From assembly GCA_050010755.1 (NCBI GenBank), contig JBEKKK010000001.1:96001-160000 (forward strand): a stretch of DNA of 64,000 bases, written 5' to 3'. Below are positions 1-10,471 of the stretch, one piece after another. A program made the position numbers and the translations under genes. How positions within the stretch are numbered: position 1 is the stretch's first letter; every line of letters begins with the position of its first letter. The stretch comes from Candidatus Bathyarchaeia archaeon. Lineage in GTDB: Archaea; Thermoproteota; Bathyarchaeia; Bathyarchaeales; Bathycorpusculaceae. The notes below the pieces were generated by a model that was not told where the DNA came from, made no database searches, and was given only the letters and a program-made list of their open reading frames with translations.

Positions 1-1324
1 CAACGTCGAGTTGACCACCGTTCTGGCTGAGCAGGTCGGGTTAGCCGTGGCGACCTTCGCCGAGGCCAAAGAAGTACTTGTCGCTAGAGACACTAGAGTT
101 TCAGGGAAGATGCTTCAGGAGGCGTTGGTTTCCGGCCTTGAGTCTGGCGGTGCCAACGTGAAATGCTTGGGAGTCATGCCTACTCCCGTGTTGGCTTTTT
201 TGACAAGGAAGATGGAGGTTGATGCCGGCGTGATGATGACGGCTTCTCACAACCCGCCTGAGTACAACGGGATCAAGATTTTCGATCGTGAGGGTTTGGC
301 ATATGACGAGGAAAGCCAAGTCGTGATTGAACGAATAATCGCGCAACAACGCTTCAGGCTCGCAGACTGGAAAAATGTCGGCCACGACCAGACTGCAGAG
401 AATACCAGCCAGTACGTCGACGCTGTAGAAAAAAACGTAAGACTTCGCAGGAAATGGCGCATCGTGGTTGACGCCGGGTGCGGAGCCACGTTCAGCCTTG
501 TTCCAACAGTTCTCCAACGTCTGGGTTGCACGGTGGCGGCGTTGAACTCGCAACCAGACGGATTGTTTCCAGCAAGAAGCCCTGAACCGAACCTCAAGTC
601 TCTCACAGACCTGGCTGCCGTCGTAAGGACTTTACACGCTGACGCCGGCCTAGCCTATGATGGTGATGGTGACAGAGTGGCCTTCATAGATGAGAACGGA
701 CACTTTTCCGATTTTGATCAAGTCTTGGCGGCGTATGCCTCTCACGTCGTGAAACAAAATCGGGGCGGTACGATCGTAACGAGTGTCGAAGCGTCGATGG
801 CCGTAGAAAAAATGGTTGAACGACACGGGGGAAAGGTTGTTAGGACAAAGGTCGGCGACGTTTACATTACGGAACTGATTAAGAAGCACAACGCGATTTT
901 CGGGGGCGAACCTTGCGGCGCATGGATACACCCGCAACTCAACTATTGCCCAGACGGCATACTTTCGTCAGTCATGCTTTTGAAGGCGTTGGAAGATGAG
1001 AGCGAGGGTTTAGCCGAGTTTGTTGCTGAAACGCCTAAGTATCCGATTCTGAGGGAAAACTTCAGCTGCAAGAAAGACGAGAAAGATGAAGCTGTGGAGA
1101 AAATCGGGGAACGCTTGAAATCTGTTTTCCAAACGTACCAGGAATTCTCGAAGGTTGACGGGGTTCGTTTGGTTCTCAAAACCGGATGGCTGCTGGTCAG
1201 AGCTTCAGGCACGGAGCCCCTTGTCAGACTGACAGTGGAGGGTGAATCGTTAAAAGCAGCAAGGGAGATAATGGAAAAAGGAGCAAAATCCATCAGAAAC
1301 CTGCTGGGGAACGATGATAGATGA
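1..1324 (+). CDS. glmM: Phosphoglucosamine mutase (5'-truncated by window edge)
   Basis: TASHNP phosphoserine motif, DGDGDR metal-binding loop, GGEPCG and RASGTEP motifs; the family's usual N-terminal FGT/G.RG segment is missing, so the true start lies upstream of the window. Confidence 0.93.
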   Translation, partial: NVELTTVLAEQVGLAVATFAEAKEVLVARDTRVSGKMLQEALVSGLESGGANVKCLGVMPTPVLAFLTRKMEVDAGVMMTASHNPPEYNGIKIFDREGLAYDEESQVVIERIIAQQRFRLADWKNVGHDQTAENTSQYVDAVEKNVRLRRKWRIVVDAGCGATFSLVPTVLQRLGCTVAALNSQPDGLFPARSPEPNLKSLTDLAAVVRTLHADAGLAYDGDGDRVAFIDENGHFSDFDQVLAAYASHVVKQNRGGTIVTSVEASMAVEKMVERHGGKVVRTKVGDVYITELIKKHNAIFGGEPCGAWIHPQLNYCPDGILSSVMLLKALEDESEGLAEFVAETPKYPILRENFSCKKDEKDEAVEKIGERLKSVFQTYQEFSKVDGVRLVLKTGWLLVRASGTEPLVRLTVEGESLKAAREIMEKGAKSIRNLLGNDDR

Positions 1325-2592
1325 AAGCCGCAATCATGGCCGCGGGAGAAGGCGTCAGGCTTCAACCCATCACGACGACTAGACCTAAGCACCTCATTAA
1401 AGTGGCCGGAAAACCGGTACTCGAGCACTGCCTGAATGCTTTGAAGAAGGCAGGGATAAGCGAAACTGTGATAATCGTCCACTTCATGGAAGACGCGATC
1501 CGACAACACTTCGGCGACGGCAAACAATTCGGCATCAAGATTGAATACGCTGAACAAAAGGCAATCCTCGGAACAGGCAACGCCGTAAGCGTTGTTGAAC
1601 CTTACATGAACGACGATTTTCTGCTAATCAACGGCGATGTGCTATTTGCCGCGGAAGCTTTGAAAACCGTTATCGACTTGCATCAAAAAGAGAAACCTGC
1701 CACGACAATGGCCGTCGTGCCAGTTGAAAAACCGGAGAACTACGGCATTGTTGAGCTTGAAAACGGCAAACACGTGAAGCGCATAGTGGAAAAACCCGCA
1801 CGAGAAGAAGCCCCGACAAACTTGGCCAACGCGGGCATCTACGTTTTCTCAACAGAAATATTCGCCAAGATAAAACAAACCTCCGCCACGTCCAGAGGAG
1901 AATGGGAAATCCCAGATGCGCTCACGCTTCTCATCAACGAAAAAAAACCGGTGCTCGCCGTCAACATAGCCGCTGAAGACTGGATCGACATTGGAAGACC
2001 GTGGGACCTCCTTGAAGCGAACCGCTGGGCGTTGACGAGGATGAAACACAAACCTCTGGGGTTCATCGAAGAAGGCGCTCACCTGTTAGGCCCCGTGACA
2101 GTTGCGGAAACCGCGCACGTCCGTTCAGGAGCATACATTGAAGGACCGGCCTTCATAGACGGAGAAGCTGACATAGGACCTAACTGTTACATTCGCCCGT
2201 GCACGAGTATCGGCAGAAAAGCAAGGGTGGGAAACGCCTGCGAAATCAAGAACAGCATTATAATGGACAATGCACACATAGGCCACCTTTCTTACGTTGG
2301 TGACAGCATAATAGGCGAGAGATGCAATCTAGGCGCTGGCACGATAACCGCCAACTATCGGCTTGACGCGGGCACAATCAAGATGATGGTAAAGGACAAA
2401 CTCGTGGACAGTGGAAGAAAAAAACTTGGAGCAGTCCTGGGAGACAACGTGAAAACAGGCATAAACGCGCTTCTCATGCCAGGAGTCAAGGTGGGAAACG
2501 ACAGTTGGATAGGCCCGAACCTCATGGTTCAGAGAGATCTGCCGCAAAAGAGCAGGGTGTTTCTGAGGCAGGAGCTCGAGAACAAAAACTGA
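1321..2592 (+). CDS. glmU: Bifunctional sugar-1-phosphate nucleotidylyltransferase/acetyltransferase (archaeal GlmU-like)
   Basis: AAGEGVRL..PK nucleotidyltransferase signature, VEKP, C-terminal hexapeptide left-handed beta-helix (HLSYVGDS); 4-bp overlap with glmM. Confidence 0.92.
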   Translation: MKAAIMAAGEGVRLQPITTTRPKHLIKVAGKPVLEHCLNALKKAGISETVIIVHFMEDAIRQHFGDGKQFGIKIEYAEQKAILGTGNAVSVVEPYMNDDFLLINGDVLFAAEALKTVIDLHQKEKPATTMAVVPVEKPENYGIVELENGKHVKRIVEKPAREEAPTNLANAGIYVFSTEIFAKIKQTSATSRGEWEIPDALTLLINEKKPVLAVNIAAEDWIDIGRPWDLLEANRWALTRMKHKPLGFIEEGAHLLGPVTVAETAHVRSGAYIEGPAFIDGEADIGPNCYIRPCTSIGRKARVGNACEIKNSIIMDNAHIGHLSYVGDSIIGERCNLGAGTITANYRLDAGTIKMMVKDKLVDSGRKKLGAVLGDNVKTGINALLMPGVKVGNDSWIGPNLMVQRDLPQKSRVFLRQELENKN

Positions 2593-2655
2593 ACGATTTT
2601 CCTAGGAACTCCGAAAGAGATAAATGCAGTGATCAACTGATTTTGGGTCGAGACT

Positions 2656-3147
2656 ATGAAAGAAGAAAAACTTCTGAAGCTTTTGAAAGAATTAATCAGA
2701 AACTCCAGGAGAAGCGATAGAGAACTGGCAAAGACCCTGAGAGTATCTCAGCCCACGGTCACTAGGAACAGAAAACTCGCGGAAAATTATGTGAGAAGCT
2801 ACACGGTCATCCCAGAATTTCAGAAGATCGGATACGAAATCTTCGCGATCACCTTCGCCAAAGCAAAGACTTACGATAAGAAAGAAGTGGAAACGAAACT
2901 GGAGGCACAGAGGAAATGGGTAATGCAACAACACAACGTCTTCTTTGCATCCGATGGAGAAGGGCTCGGAAAAGACGCGGTGATCCTGTCCCTCCACAAG
3001 GACTACTCGAAATACGCCAATTTCATGCGAGAATACACCGTCAACTTCGCAGACTTCATCAGCGACGTCCAATCATTCATCGTGAGCCTGAAGACCGGAA
3101 TGATAATCAAACCGTTTGACCTGAAGTATCTCGCCGAAGACCTGTAA
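2656..3147 (+). CDS. Lrp/AsnC-like transcriptional regulator
   Basis: N-terminal NSRRSDRELAKTLRVSQPTVTR HTH, YTVIPEF.KIGY linker, C-terminal RAM-like domain. Confidence 0.85.
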   Translation: MKEEKLLKLLKELIRNSRRSDRELAKTLRVSQPTVTRNRKLAENYVRSYTVIPEFQKIGYEIFAITFAKAKTYDKKEVETKLEAQRKWVMQQHNVFFASDGEGLGKDAVILSLHKDYSKYANFMREYTVNFADFISDVQSFIVSLKTGMIIKPFDLKYLAEDL

Positions 3148-3405
3148 GAATATCCTTGCCAGAGACTGTTTCCAAACCCCATTTTTCAAGCATCCAGTCT
3201 TTGACCTGTCCAAAATCAACTCAACTCAAGACTTGCGAGGCTCTCACAGAAACTGCTCACAGGACACTGCCAAAGCAAGAATTGCCGGATTCAAGTTCTG
3301 AAAAAACCGGAAAAAAAGTGTGATACAGCCCGCTGCAAAAGGCTGGAGTTATCATTTTTAAATAGTTGTTTTGCAATCTCGTTAGGTAGAATGGGGGTTA
3401 AGTGA

Positions 3406-3834
3406 TTGTCTGTTGCTCAGAGAAAGTATTTCAGTGAGGTCTCAGCGTTGGCGGATAGGCACGTGATCGTTGGAACTATTACTGGAAAGACGTTTACTGG
3501 AACATTGCTCGGCATTAACCCTGACAATTTGAGCCTTTGTCTCTCAGAAGCTAAGGATGAGGAAGGGAAGATGTTGCACAGGGTTTTTCTGAATGGCAAT
3601 GTTGTGGCCCAGATTTTGAGTGTTGAAAAACCTTTTGATTTGAAGGCTCTGGCTGATCGGCTCGAAAAGGTGTTTCCGACGATGGTCAAGCTCTACGAAG
3701 ACAAGGGGTTCATTTGGGTCATGGATAAGGTTAAAGTGACGGAAAAGGGCGTGGTCGAAGGGTCGGGCCCTGCTGCTGAACGCGTGGATAAGGTTTATGC
3801 GTCTTTCATCGCTGAGTCCAGGGGAAAAACTTAG
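3406..3834 (+). CDS. Lsm/Sm-family RNA-binding protein with C-terminal extension (SmAP3-like)
   Basis: Sm fold (GKTFTGTLLG..NLSLCLSEA..RVFLNGNVV) plus ~60-aa C-terminal domain; TATA-like TTTTTAAATA at ~3355 and GGGGGT SD. Confidence 0.85.
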   Translation: MSVAQRKYFSEVSALADRHVIVGTITGKTFTGTLLGINPDNLSLCLSEAKDEEGKMLHRVFLNGNVVAQILSVEKPFDLKALADRLEKVFPTMVKLYEDKGFIWVMDKVKVTEKGVVEGSGPAAERVDKVYASFIAESRGKT

Positions 3835-4583
3835 ATAAACCAGCGAAACTGCTGTTCCTCTTTCTTCTTTTCTGTCCCGACGGTTCTTATCAAACCGAAG
3901 GATTCCAAGATTCTCTTGATCTCTTCTGCAGCTGTGTCCAGGGTGGACAGGTCGACGTTCATGTTCAGGAACTCGTTCAGTGCTGCCAGCACGTAACGCG
4001 TGGCGTTTGCATCCGGATACATGCCCAACGTGTCCACCAAGAGCGAGAAGCTCTTGAAACCCCTGAGCCTGGCCAAACCGATAGTGAGCCCGGCGATGCC
4101 GAATATCTGCCCAACCATTATCTTCGCTCCGAGGCTGAGAACACTGTTCAATGTCTCATGATCCGATGCAGCCGTGTAAATCTGAGGAACACCTTTAATC
4201 TCTTCCTGCCTGAATCCGCCCAAGGTCACGACATAATGGCAGTCCAGATCCTGAGCAACGTCCAAGATTTTACCGCAGAGCTCGTATTGTCCTGAAGTCG
4301 TCAAAGCCTGCGTGTTGCCGTACCAGATTATCAAGTCGCGCCCTTCCTTCAGGCTCTTGTAATAGTACAGTTCGTTCATCGGACACTGCACCCCACCCTT
4401 CTCGGTCGTGACCGCCAAGTCTTGGAAGGCCGAAGAATGAACCTCGCCGAAACGTTCTGCCTTCAACTCGCGAATCAAGTGCAGAGAAGCAATGTTGGCC
4501 ACGAAACCTATTCCTGGCAGACCTTCAATCAGAACAGGATCATGAAGTTTCGGTTTCTCGAAGAGTTCAATCACACAGACCAT
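3831..4583 (-). CDS. PAC2-family proteasome assembly chaperone
   Basis: LIEGLPGIGFVANIA N-terminal motif, TLGG, G.I.G..G, D.LG.YPD..A. Confidence 0.88.
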   Translation of the reverse strand: MVCVIELFEKPKLHDPVLIEGLPGIGFVANIASLHLIRELKAERFGEVHSSAFQDLAVTTEKGGVQCPMNELYYYKSLKEGRDLIIWYGNTQALTTSGQYELCGKILDVAQDLDCHYVVTLGGFRQEEIKGVPQIYTAASDHETLNSVLSLGAKIMVGQIFGIAGLTIGLARLRGFKSFSLLVDTLGMYPDANATRYVLAALNEFLNMNVDLSTLDTAAEEIKRILESFGLIRTVGTEKKKEEQQFRWFI

Positions 4584-4660
4584 TAATTCTCCTTCCGATA
4601 GGGTAGGCAGTAGTACATGGAAAAATCGCGGTATAAGTGTGTTTAGCTCGAAACGTGAGG

Positions 4661-6727
4661 CTAGCAGAGTTCGACAAGCTTGGATTTCTCAAGGTCTCGC
4701 AGAAACTTCAATACGTGTTCAGGATTGGTTTCGCTGTACTCCGCAGAAACAGCCATTACAATCTCGTAGATGCTCCGTTTTCCATTCATGAAGTTCAGCA
4801 TTTCCGCCGTCTTCTTGTCGAAATCCTCGTCTATCTTGCGCACTTCTTCGTACCACTCCAACTCTTTCTCGCTCAACGTTTTCCTCAAAACGTTAGAATC
4901 AAGCGGGCCCTTGAAAAGTCGCCTCGGAACCACACTAAGTTCCTTATTGGATTCTGCATGGTCATTTTGGTTTGGAAGAGTCAACGCCGATGCCTTAGCT
5001 ACGAAGCTCAGGATGTCTTGCAGGTCTGCTAGCCCCCGTGCAGCCATGGCTGCAATGTTTTTGCAGAGCACACTCAGAGAAGCGTTCAGCTCAGCGCTTT
5101 CTCCGAATCTTCTCACTGATTTGACTGCTTCTTGCTCACGCCACGCGAAATGTTCTATTCTATTCTTGTGGTAAGAGATTGTCCTCTCCAGTTCTCTGGC
5201 TAGCTCTTCAGGCTTGTCTCTAAGCCTCGGGTCTTGCCTCTTTTTGAACAGTTTTTCAACGGCTTCTCGCTTGGCTTCTTCGATTCTGATGATGCCCTCC
5301 GAAGCGGTTTCATGCGCGAGCTGAAATGCCGTTTCAAGGGTGGCGTTTGCGAGAGTCAGCATGACGTTTGTCGCTATCCATCCGACCCTTTTTAGGCTGT
5401 TCTCACTCACTTTGTCAATGGTGTCCATGCTCGTGTGATAGAACAAGTCTGGCCATTGGAGCAGCATTACGCATGGAACTCCTATCGTTGAGTCGGTGAA
5501 TTCCGCGTGGTCACTGCCGCCGCTGAAGGCCCCTGTTGCATAACGGAAGATGGATGACGAGCCGAACGAAGATGGGACATCAAATTGTCTAACAGATTCC
5601 TGCATGAAGCCGAAGACCAGATCATTCAAATAGGATGGCAATGAATCTGGAGTGCGGTCAAGGTTGAGAGTGGACTTGCAGAGTTCCTGATTCTGACCCA
5701 CCATGTCCAAGTTTATGCCTGCAACGAGCCTGGTTGGCAGGTCCTCGTGGCCGTGAAGGTAGCTTACAGAACCGAACGTTTCGGGCACCCACAAGAAGCG
5801 TATTGTCCGAGCTGGGCGCTCAATCTTTCCAGATTCAATCAGGACGTTGATTGTTCTGGCAATTTCCAATAGCAACCCACTGCCGGAGGCATTATCGTTG
5901 GCGCTGGGCTTGGGGTGGCAGAGATGAGCGACCAGAAAGACTTCCTCTTCCGGTTTCAGCCTGCCTTGCACAGTTGCTGTCACCACGTCCAAGTTGCCAG
6001 GAAACAACCTTGCGTCCACCCTGGCCTTGAGCTTTACGGGTTTTCCGCGTTTGAGCAGAGTCCGAAGCTGGTTTCCTTGCCGTTTGCTCAGAGAGAATCC
6101 GAATTTGACCTTGTCCAACACTTCCGCGGAGGGCCATATGGACTGGTACGCATGGGCGTCGGGAATGTCCAGACTTTCTCGTACGTCGGGTATTTCGAAA
6201 GTGATTGAGTCTGTGATTACGCCGGCGGCTCCACACTTGTAAACGGCTTGTTCGTGAACAGATTTTGCCCTGCCAGTGGCTAGCACGAATTTGTCCTTAA
6301 CGTCTTTTCCCTCATAATCGGCTGTCTTGGTTCCAGCGCCGACGTCAACAAGCTCAGCTGTGACGCCCTCTTGAGGCGTTCCGTTACTGTAGGTGTGCAG
6401 ACTCTGAGGCGTGTCATTATACGAAGCGAGAAGCTTTTCCTCGGGTTCTAGGAGTCGAAGCTCGGCGCTCTCAACCGTCCAGCCCATTGGGGACGTGAAG
6501 GTCCAGTATTTCTGGGCTCCGTCAGCAGGAAACTGTTCTATAACAGCATCCCTCAGCCCTATTTTCAGAAGCTCGCTCTTCACGTATTCGGCGGCTTCAT
6601 GGAACATCGTTGAAGCTTGAACTCTGTGAAAACGGGTAATTTGTGCCACATACGATTTGGCGACATTTCCAGAAAGCTCCTCTTTGACAATCTCATTTAG
6701 ACCCATGTCCGAACCTCGCATTCCCAT
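4661..6727 (-). CDS. M28-family aminopeptidase-like protein (DUF4910-like, PA domain, C-terminal wHTH)
   Basis: AHLCHP..SANDNASG, PETFGS, NLDMVG, GSDH and YHTS.D zinc-peptidase motifs; start may be ATG at 6706. Confidence 0.85.
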   Translation of the reverse strand: MGMRGSDMGLNEIVKEELSGNVAKSYVAQITRFHRVQASTMFHEAAEYVKSELLKIGLRDAVIEQFPADGAQKYWTFTSPMGWTVESAELRLLEPEEKLLASYNDTPQSLHTYSNGTPQEGVTAELVDVGAGTKTADYEGKDVKDKFVLATGRAKSVHEQAVYKCGAAGVITDSITFEIPDVRESLDIPDAHAYQSIWPSAEVLDKVKFGFSLSKRQGNQLRTLLKRGKPVKLKARVDARLFPGNLDVVTATVQGRLKPEEEVFLVAHLCHPKPSANDNASGSGLLLEIARTINVLIESGKIERPARTIRFLWVPETFGSVSYLHGHEDLPTRLVAGINLDMVGQNQELCKSTLNLDRTPDSLPSYLNDLVFGFMQESVRQFDVPSSFGSSSIFRYATGAFSGGSDHAEFTDSTIGVPCVMLLQWPDLFYHTSMDTIDKVSENSLKRVGWIATNVMLTLANATLETAFQLAHETASEGIIRIEEAKREAVEKLFKKRQDPRLRDKPEELARELERTISYHKNRIEHFAWREQEAVKSVRRFGESAELNASLSVLCKNIAAMAARGLADLQDILSFVAKASALTLPNQNDHAESNKELSVVPRRLFKGPLDSNVLRKTLSEKELEWYEEVRKIDEDFDKKTAEMLNFMNGKRSIYEIVMAVSAEYSETNPEHVLKFLRDLEKSKLVELC

Positions 6728-6793
6728 CTGTTGGTCATTATCTGGTGAATGTTTTTTATATGTCTGCTTGTTTTCTTTTGTCAGAGTTCAGCC

Positions 6794-8395
6794 ATGTCTT
6801 TTGAGATAAGAGAAAAAGATTTGCTGGCAAGAATTGGAAGACTTCAGACCAAGAGTGGAGTGCTAGAGACGCCTCTGCTTTTTCCAGTAATAAACCCCAT
6901 CGTGCAGCCTGTTTCTCCGAGGAGAATTAGAGAAGAGTTCGGGTTTGAGGCCCTCATAACCAACGCCTACATTTTGAAGAAACATTCAGAGAAACAGCCT
7001 ACCAAGAACGGTCTGCAAAGCTTCCTGGATTTCAACGGTCCAATTATGACCGATTCCGGCGCCTACCAGATTCTTGTATACGGCGACGTGGAAGTAACGC
7101 CGAAAGAGATAGTGGAATATCAGGAACAGATAGGTTCGGACATCGCCACGATACTTGACATTCCAACAGGCTGGAAAGTTACAGAAGCCTGTGCGCGACA
7201 AACGGTCGAAGAGACTCTGAAGCGAGCCAAAGAGTTCTTCACGTTCAAATCGAGAGAAGACATTCTGTGGGTTGGGCCAGTGCAAGGCGGAAAATATTTG
7301 GACCTCGTTGCCAGGTCCGCCAAGGAAATGGGAAAGCTTGCCTTCCAAATACACGCCTTAGGAAGCCCTACTGAAGTTATGGAACGCTATCGGTTCGACG
7401 TCCTGGTGGACATGATAATGACTGCTAAGATAAATCTGCCCGTTGAGAGGCCGCTTCATCTCTTCGGCGCCGGACACCCTTTCATGTTCGCTTTGGCAGT
7501 AGCCTCGGGATGCGACTTTTTTGACTCGGCAGCGTACTCGTTGTATGCCAAGGAAGGTCGCTACATGACCGAAGCGGGCACTTGCAGACTGAACGAGCTT
7601 GATTACTTTCCATGCGTCTGCCCAAAATGCGTGAGAGCAACGCCGAAACAAATTATGGAACTGGCTCCGAAAGAAGTGCAGATGTTCCTCGCCGAACACA
7701 ACCTTCACGCATGTGCCGCCGAGTTGAAACGCATTAAACAAGCCATAAAAGACGGCAGATTGTGGGAACACTTGGAAATGCGGGCCCACGGACACCCAGC
7801 CTTGTTTCAAGCACTGAAAAGCCTGAAGAAATACGAGAATTACGTTGAAAGACACGATCCATCTGTAAAAAATAGCGGATTGTTCTTCTTCAGCTCCATC
7901 GGGCTCGCCCGACCCGAAATTGTCCGGCATAGGAAGAAGCTGGCCGAAAGGTATACCCCGCCCAGCGAAGCAAAAATCCTGCTTTTGTTACCACAGACGC
8001 GAAGAAAACCGTTTCACAAGTCAGAGACTTTCACGAATACCATCAGACAGCTCCAGACGTTGAAAAAGCCCAGCGTGTTTCACGCGTGCGTCTACAGCGC
8101 CCCATTCGGAGTAGTTCCGACCGAGCTCGACGAAATGTATCCGCTATCACAACATGAAACAATTCAGACGCCAGACAAGGAAACATCAGAGTACGTGGCA
8201 GCCCAGCTCGCTGAGTACATTAGCCGCACCAGATATGAAACCGTAGTGCTGTTAGACGACACTGAAAACTGGGGTAAAACAGTCCTCAACGCGTGCAGAA
8301 GGGCTTGTGCACATAAGAAGATTGGATTCAAACGCATTGTCGCCGCGAAAAAGCAAGAGAAGAACCTGATAACTGCTTTGAAGGATCCCCTGTGA
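6794..8395 (+). CDS. tgtA: tRNA-guanine(15) transglycosylase (archaeosine pathway)
   Basis: ARIG.L.TK.G..ETP, MTDSGAYQ, PVQGG, HLFGAGHP, DFFDSAAY, C.CP.C zinc site; start set at ATG 6794 (MSFEIREKD); no obvious C-terminal PUA domain. Confidence 0.93.
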   Translation: MSFEIREKDLLARIGRLQTKSGVLETPLLFPVINPIVQPVSPRRIREEFGFEALITNAYILKKHSEKQPTKNGLQSFLDFNGPIMTDSGAYQILVYGDVEVTPKEIVEYQEQIGSDIATILDIPTGWKVTEACARQTVEETLKRAKEFFTFKSREDILWVGPVQGGKYLDLVARSAKEMGKLAFQIHALGSPTEVMERYRFDVLVDMIMTAKINLPVERPLHLFGAGHPFMFALAVASGCDFFDSAAYSLYAKEGRYMTEAGTCRLNELDYFPCVCPKCVRATPKQIMELAPKEVQMFLAEHNLHACAAELKRIKQAIKDGRLWEHLEMRAHGHPALFQALKSLKKYENYVERHDPSVKNSGLFFFSSIGLARPEIVRHRKKLAERYTPPSEAKILLLLPQTRRKPFHKSETFTNTIRQLQTLKKPSVFHACVYSAPFGVVPTELDEMYPLSQHETIQTPDKETSEYVAAQLAEYISRTRYETVVLLDDTENWGKTVLNACRRACAHKKIGFKRIVAAKKQEKNLITALKDPL

Positions 8396-8419
8396 GGAGA
8401 CAATAAAATATCTGGACCC

Positions 8420-8592
8420 ATGCCGATTTCACTTTACGTTCACACAAAGTATTCGCCTGATTCATCAATAAATCTGAAAGCGCTGGCCGAGCAACGGAAA
8501 TCGAAGCTTCGTTGAATGTCGACGAGATTCTGAAGGCAATAAGGAGTGGTTCAGTCAAAGCTTCTTCAACCTGCAAGTCAATACGTTTTTAA
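8420..8592 (+). pseudogene. Remnant of a PHP-domain phosphoesterase gene with large internal deletion
   Basis: ATG 8420 frame reads MPISLYVHTKYSPDSSINLKALAEQ (PHP N-terminal DLHVHT.YS.DS motif); a different frame from ~8494 reads TEIEASLNVDEILKAIRSG (typical PHP C-terminus); the middle of the gene is absent. Confidence 0.6.
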
Positions 8593-8634
8593 AAGAGCGC
8601 AAAACATGAATAGTGAACTAGCTGATGAAGAGAA

Positions 8635-9900
8635 ATGGGACAGTTGCAGTTAGGCTTTTTGGGCGGAACCCGGGAAGTCGGCAGGATAGCAATTGCGGTT
8701 AAAACCGAAAAAACGCAGATCCTGATGGATTATGGCGCCATGCTGGATCATGAGCCAGGGTTCCCCATGCACGTGCCTCCCAAGGACGTTGATGCCATAG
8801 TCTTGTCACACAGTCACCTGGATCACTCGGGAGCTATCCCGATATTCTATGTGCAGGGAAAGAAACCCTTGTACACAAACAGGATGAGCGCAGAACTGAA
8901 CCAGTTGCTGATTTCAGATTTCATTCACCTGTCCAGCTATTACCTGCCTTTTGAGTATCTTGAGCTCAAATCGATGACACAGAACAGTAAGCACCTAGAT
9001 TTCAACGTTGAACAGAAAGTTGGAGACATATCATTCCAGTTCAGGAACGCCGGACACATTCCAGGAAGTGTGCAAACGCTCGTTGAAGCTGAAGGAAAAA
9101 AGTTGCTGTACACGGGAGACTTCAACATCATAGACACAAGGCTCCTGGAAGGCGCGAAAATGGATTATAAAGACTTGGACGCTGTGATAATTGAAAGCAC
9201 CTACGCCAATGAGGAGCACACCGAACGCCAAGAACTCGAAAAACGGTTCGTAAACACATGCTCAGACGTCGTAGAGAAAGGAGGCACTGTCCTTGTCCCG
9301 GCTTTCGGAGTTGGAAGATCACAGGAACTCGCATGCGTACTCGCAGCTCATCATTTTGAGTACCCAGTCACGATTGATGGGATGGCGCGCGAGGTGAGCA
9401 GAGTGATGATGAGCTATCCCCAGTTCCTGAGAGATGGAAAAACCTTCGTTGATGCATTACACTCTACAACTTGGGTTGAAGGCTGGAGAGACAGGAGGAA
9501 AGCCACAAGAACTCCGGGCGTGATAATCTCGCCTGCAGGCATGCTCAAGGGCGGACCTGCAATGTTCTACATTTCGAAAATCGCAAAAAGATCAGATAAC
9601 GCCATCTTCTTGGTAAGCTATCAGATTCCAGGAACCCCTGGAAAAGAGTTGATGGAAAAGGGATTATGCGTCATCGATGGAAAAATGCGGAAAGTCAAGG
9701 CTAAAGTGCAACACTTCGATTTTTCGTCTCACTGCGGAGCAGGCGAGCTGAAAGAAGCGCTAAGCAGACTTGGCGGAAAACCCAGGGTCTTCGTGGTTCA
9801 TGGAGCAGAAGGAAACTGCGAGCTGCTGGCGAAATGGGCGAAGAATGAACTTGGTCTAGAAGCTTCGGCGCCCAGAACAGGGGACATCGTCAAACTCTAG
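8635..9900 (+). CDS. MBL-fold beta-CASP ribonuclease (aCPSF2-like)
   Basis: LGGTREVGR, SHSHLDHSG, AGHIPGS, YTGD, ESTY, PAFGVGRSQE, FSSH, VHG motifs; no N-terminal KH domains. Confidence 0.9.
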   Translation: MGQLQLGFLGGTREVGRIAIAVKTEKTQILMDYGAMLDHEPGFPMHVPPKDVDAIVLSHSHLDHSGAIPIFYVQGKKPLYTNRMSAELNQLLISDFIHLSSYYLPFEYLELKSMTQNSKHLDFNVEQKVGDISFQFRNAGHIPGSVQTLVEAEGKKLLYTGDFNIIDTRLLEGAKMDYKDLDAVIIESTYANEEHTERQELEKRFVNTCSDVVEKGGTVLVPAFGVGRSQELACVLAAHHFEYPVTIDGMAREVSRVMMSYPQFLRDGKTFVDALHSTTWVEGWRDRRKATRTPGVIISPAGMLKGGPAMFYISKIAKRSDNAIFLVSYQIPGTPGKELMEKGLCVIDGKMRKVKAKVQHFDFSSHCGAGELKEALSRLGGKPRVFVVHGAEGNCELLAKWAKNELGLEASAPRTGDIVKL

Positions 9901-9913
9901 AGAGAAGGACAAA

Positions 9914-10471
9914 TTGGAAATTGGAATAGTGCGCGTCGGCCAAGTGGATTCTGAGATTATAACTGGAATCCAAGAAAGTCTTGAGACGATTTTTGAGGAA
10001 TCGAGGATCACGTTGATCTCAGAGACTCTGCCGCTGCCCGAAGAAGCCTACGTCAAGACGAGAAAACAGTACCGTTCGGACACAATCTTGGGGGCAATCC
10101 GCAACATTGCTGAAAGGTTCAATTCCTTCGATCGCATTCTCGGAATCGCTGACGTTGACCTTTTCGTTCCCAAGCTTAATTTCGTCGTCGGAGAGGGTGA
10201 ATATCCGGGGAAAGTGGCCGTCATTTCGTTGTGGAGACTCAGACCCGAGTTCTACGGAAAAGTCTCAGATGCCCAGGTTCTTGTTGAAAGAGGCACGAAA
10301 GAGGCAGTTCATGAGTTGGGACACACTTTGGGATTGAGTCATTGTGATAACCCGTTTTGTGTCATGTATTTTTCCAACTCCATCTTCGAAACGGACAGAA
10401 AGCAAAGCTTATTCTGCAACAAATGCTACGTGAAGACAACGGTAAAGGCCGATAAGGGTAAGGGTTCTTGA
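9914..10471 (+). CDS. Archaemetzincin (M54) zinc metalloprotease
   Basis: KEAVHELGHTLGLSHC, CVMYFSNS Met-turn, FC..C second zinc site. Confidence 0.92.
   Translation: MEIGIVRVGQVDSEIITGIQESLETIFEESRITLISETLPLPEEAYVKTRKQYRSDTILGAIRNIAERFNSFDRILGIADVDLFVPKLNFVVGEGEYPGKVAVISLWRLRPEFYGKVSDAQVLVERGTKEAVHELGHTLGLSHCDNPFCVMYFSNSIFETDRKQSLFCNKCYVKTTVKADKGKGS

Noticed and set aside
3165-3275. Short matches (CTCTCACAGA, TTTCCAA(A)CCC) to the spacer of the 44-kb repeat pair
   Set aside because: Short, in different order and lacking the CAACATTACA core; compatible with chance in A/C-rich DNA
8328-8576. 82-aa minus-strand ORF after tgtA
   Set aside because: Overlaps tgtA, has no motifs, and the + strand is better explained as a PHP remnant
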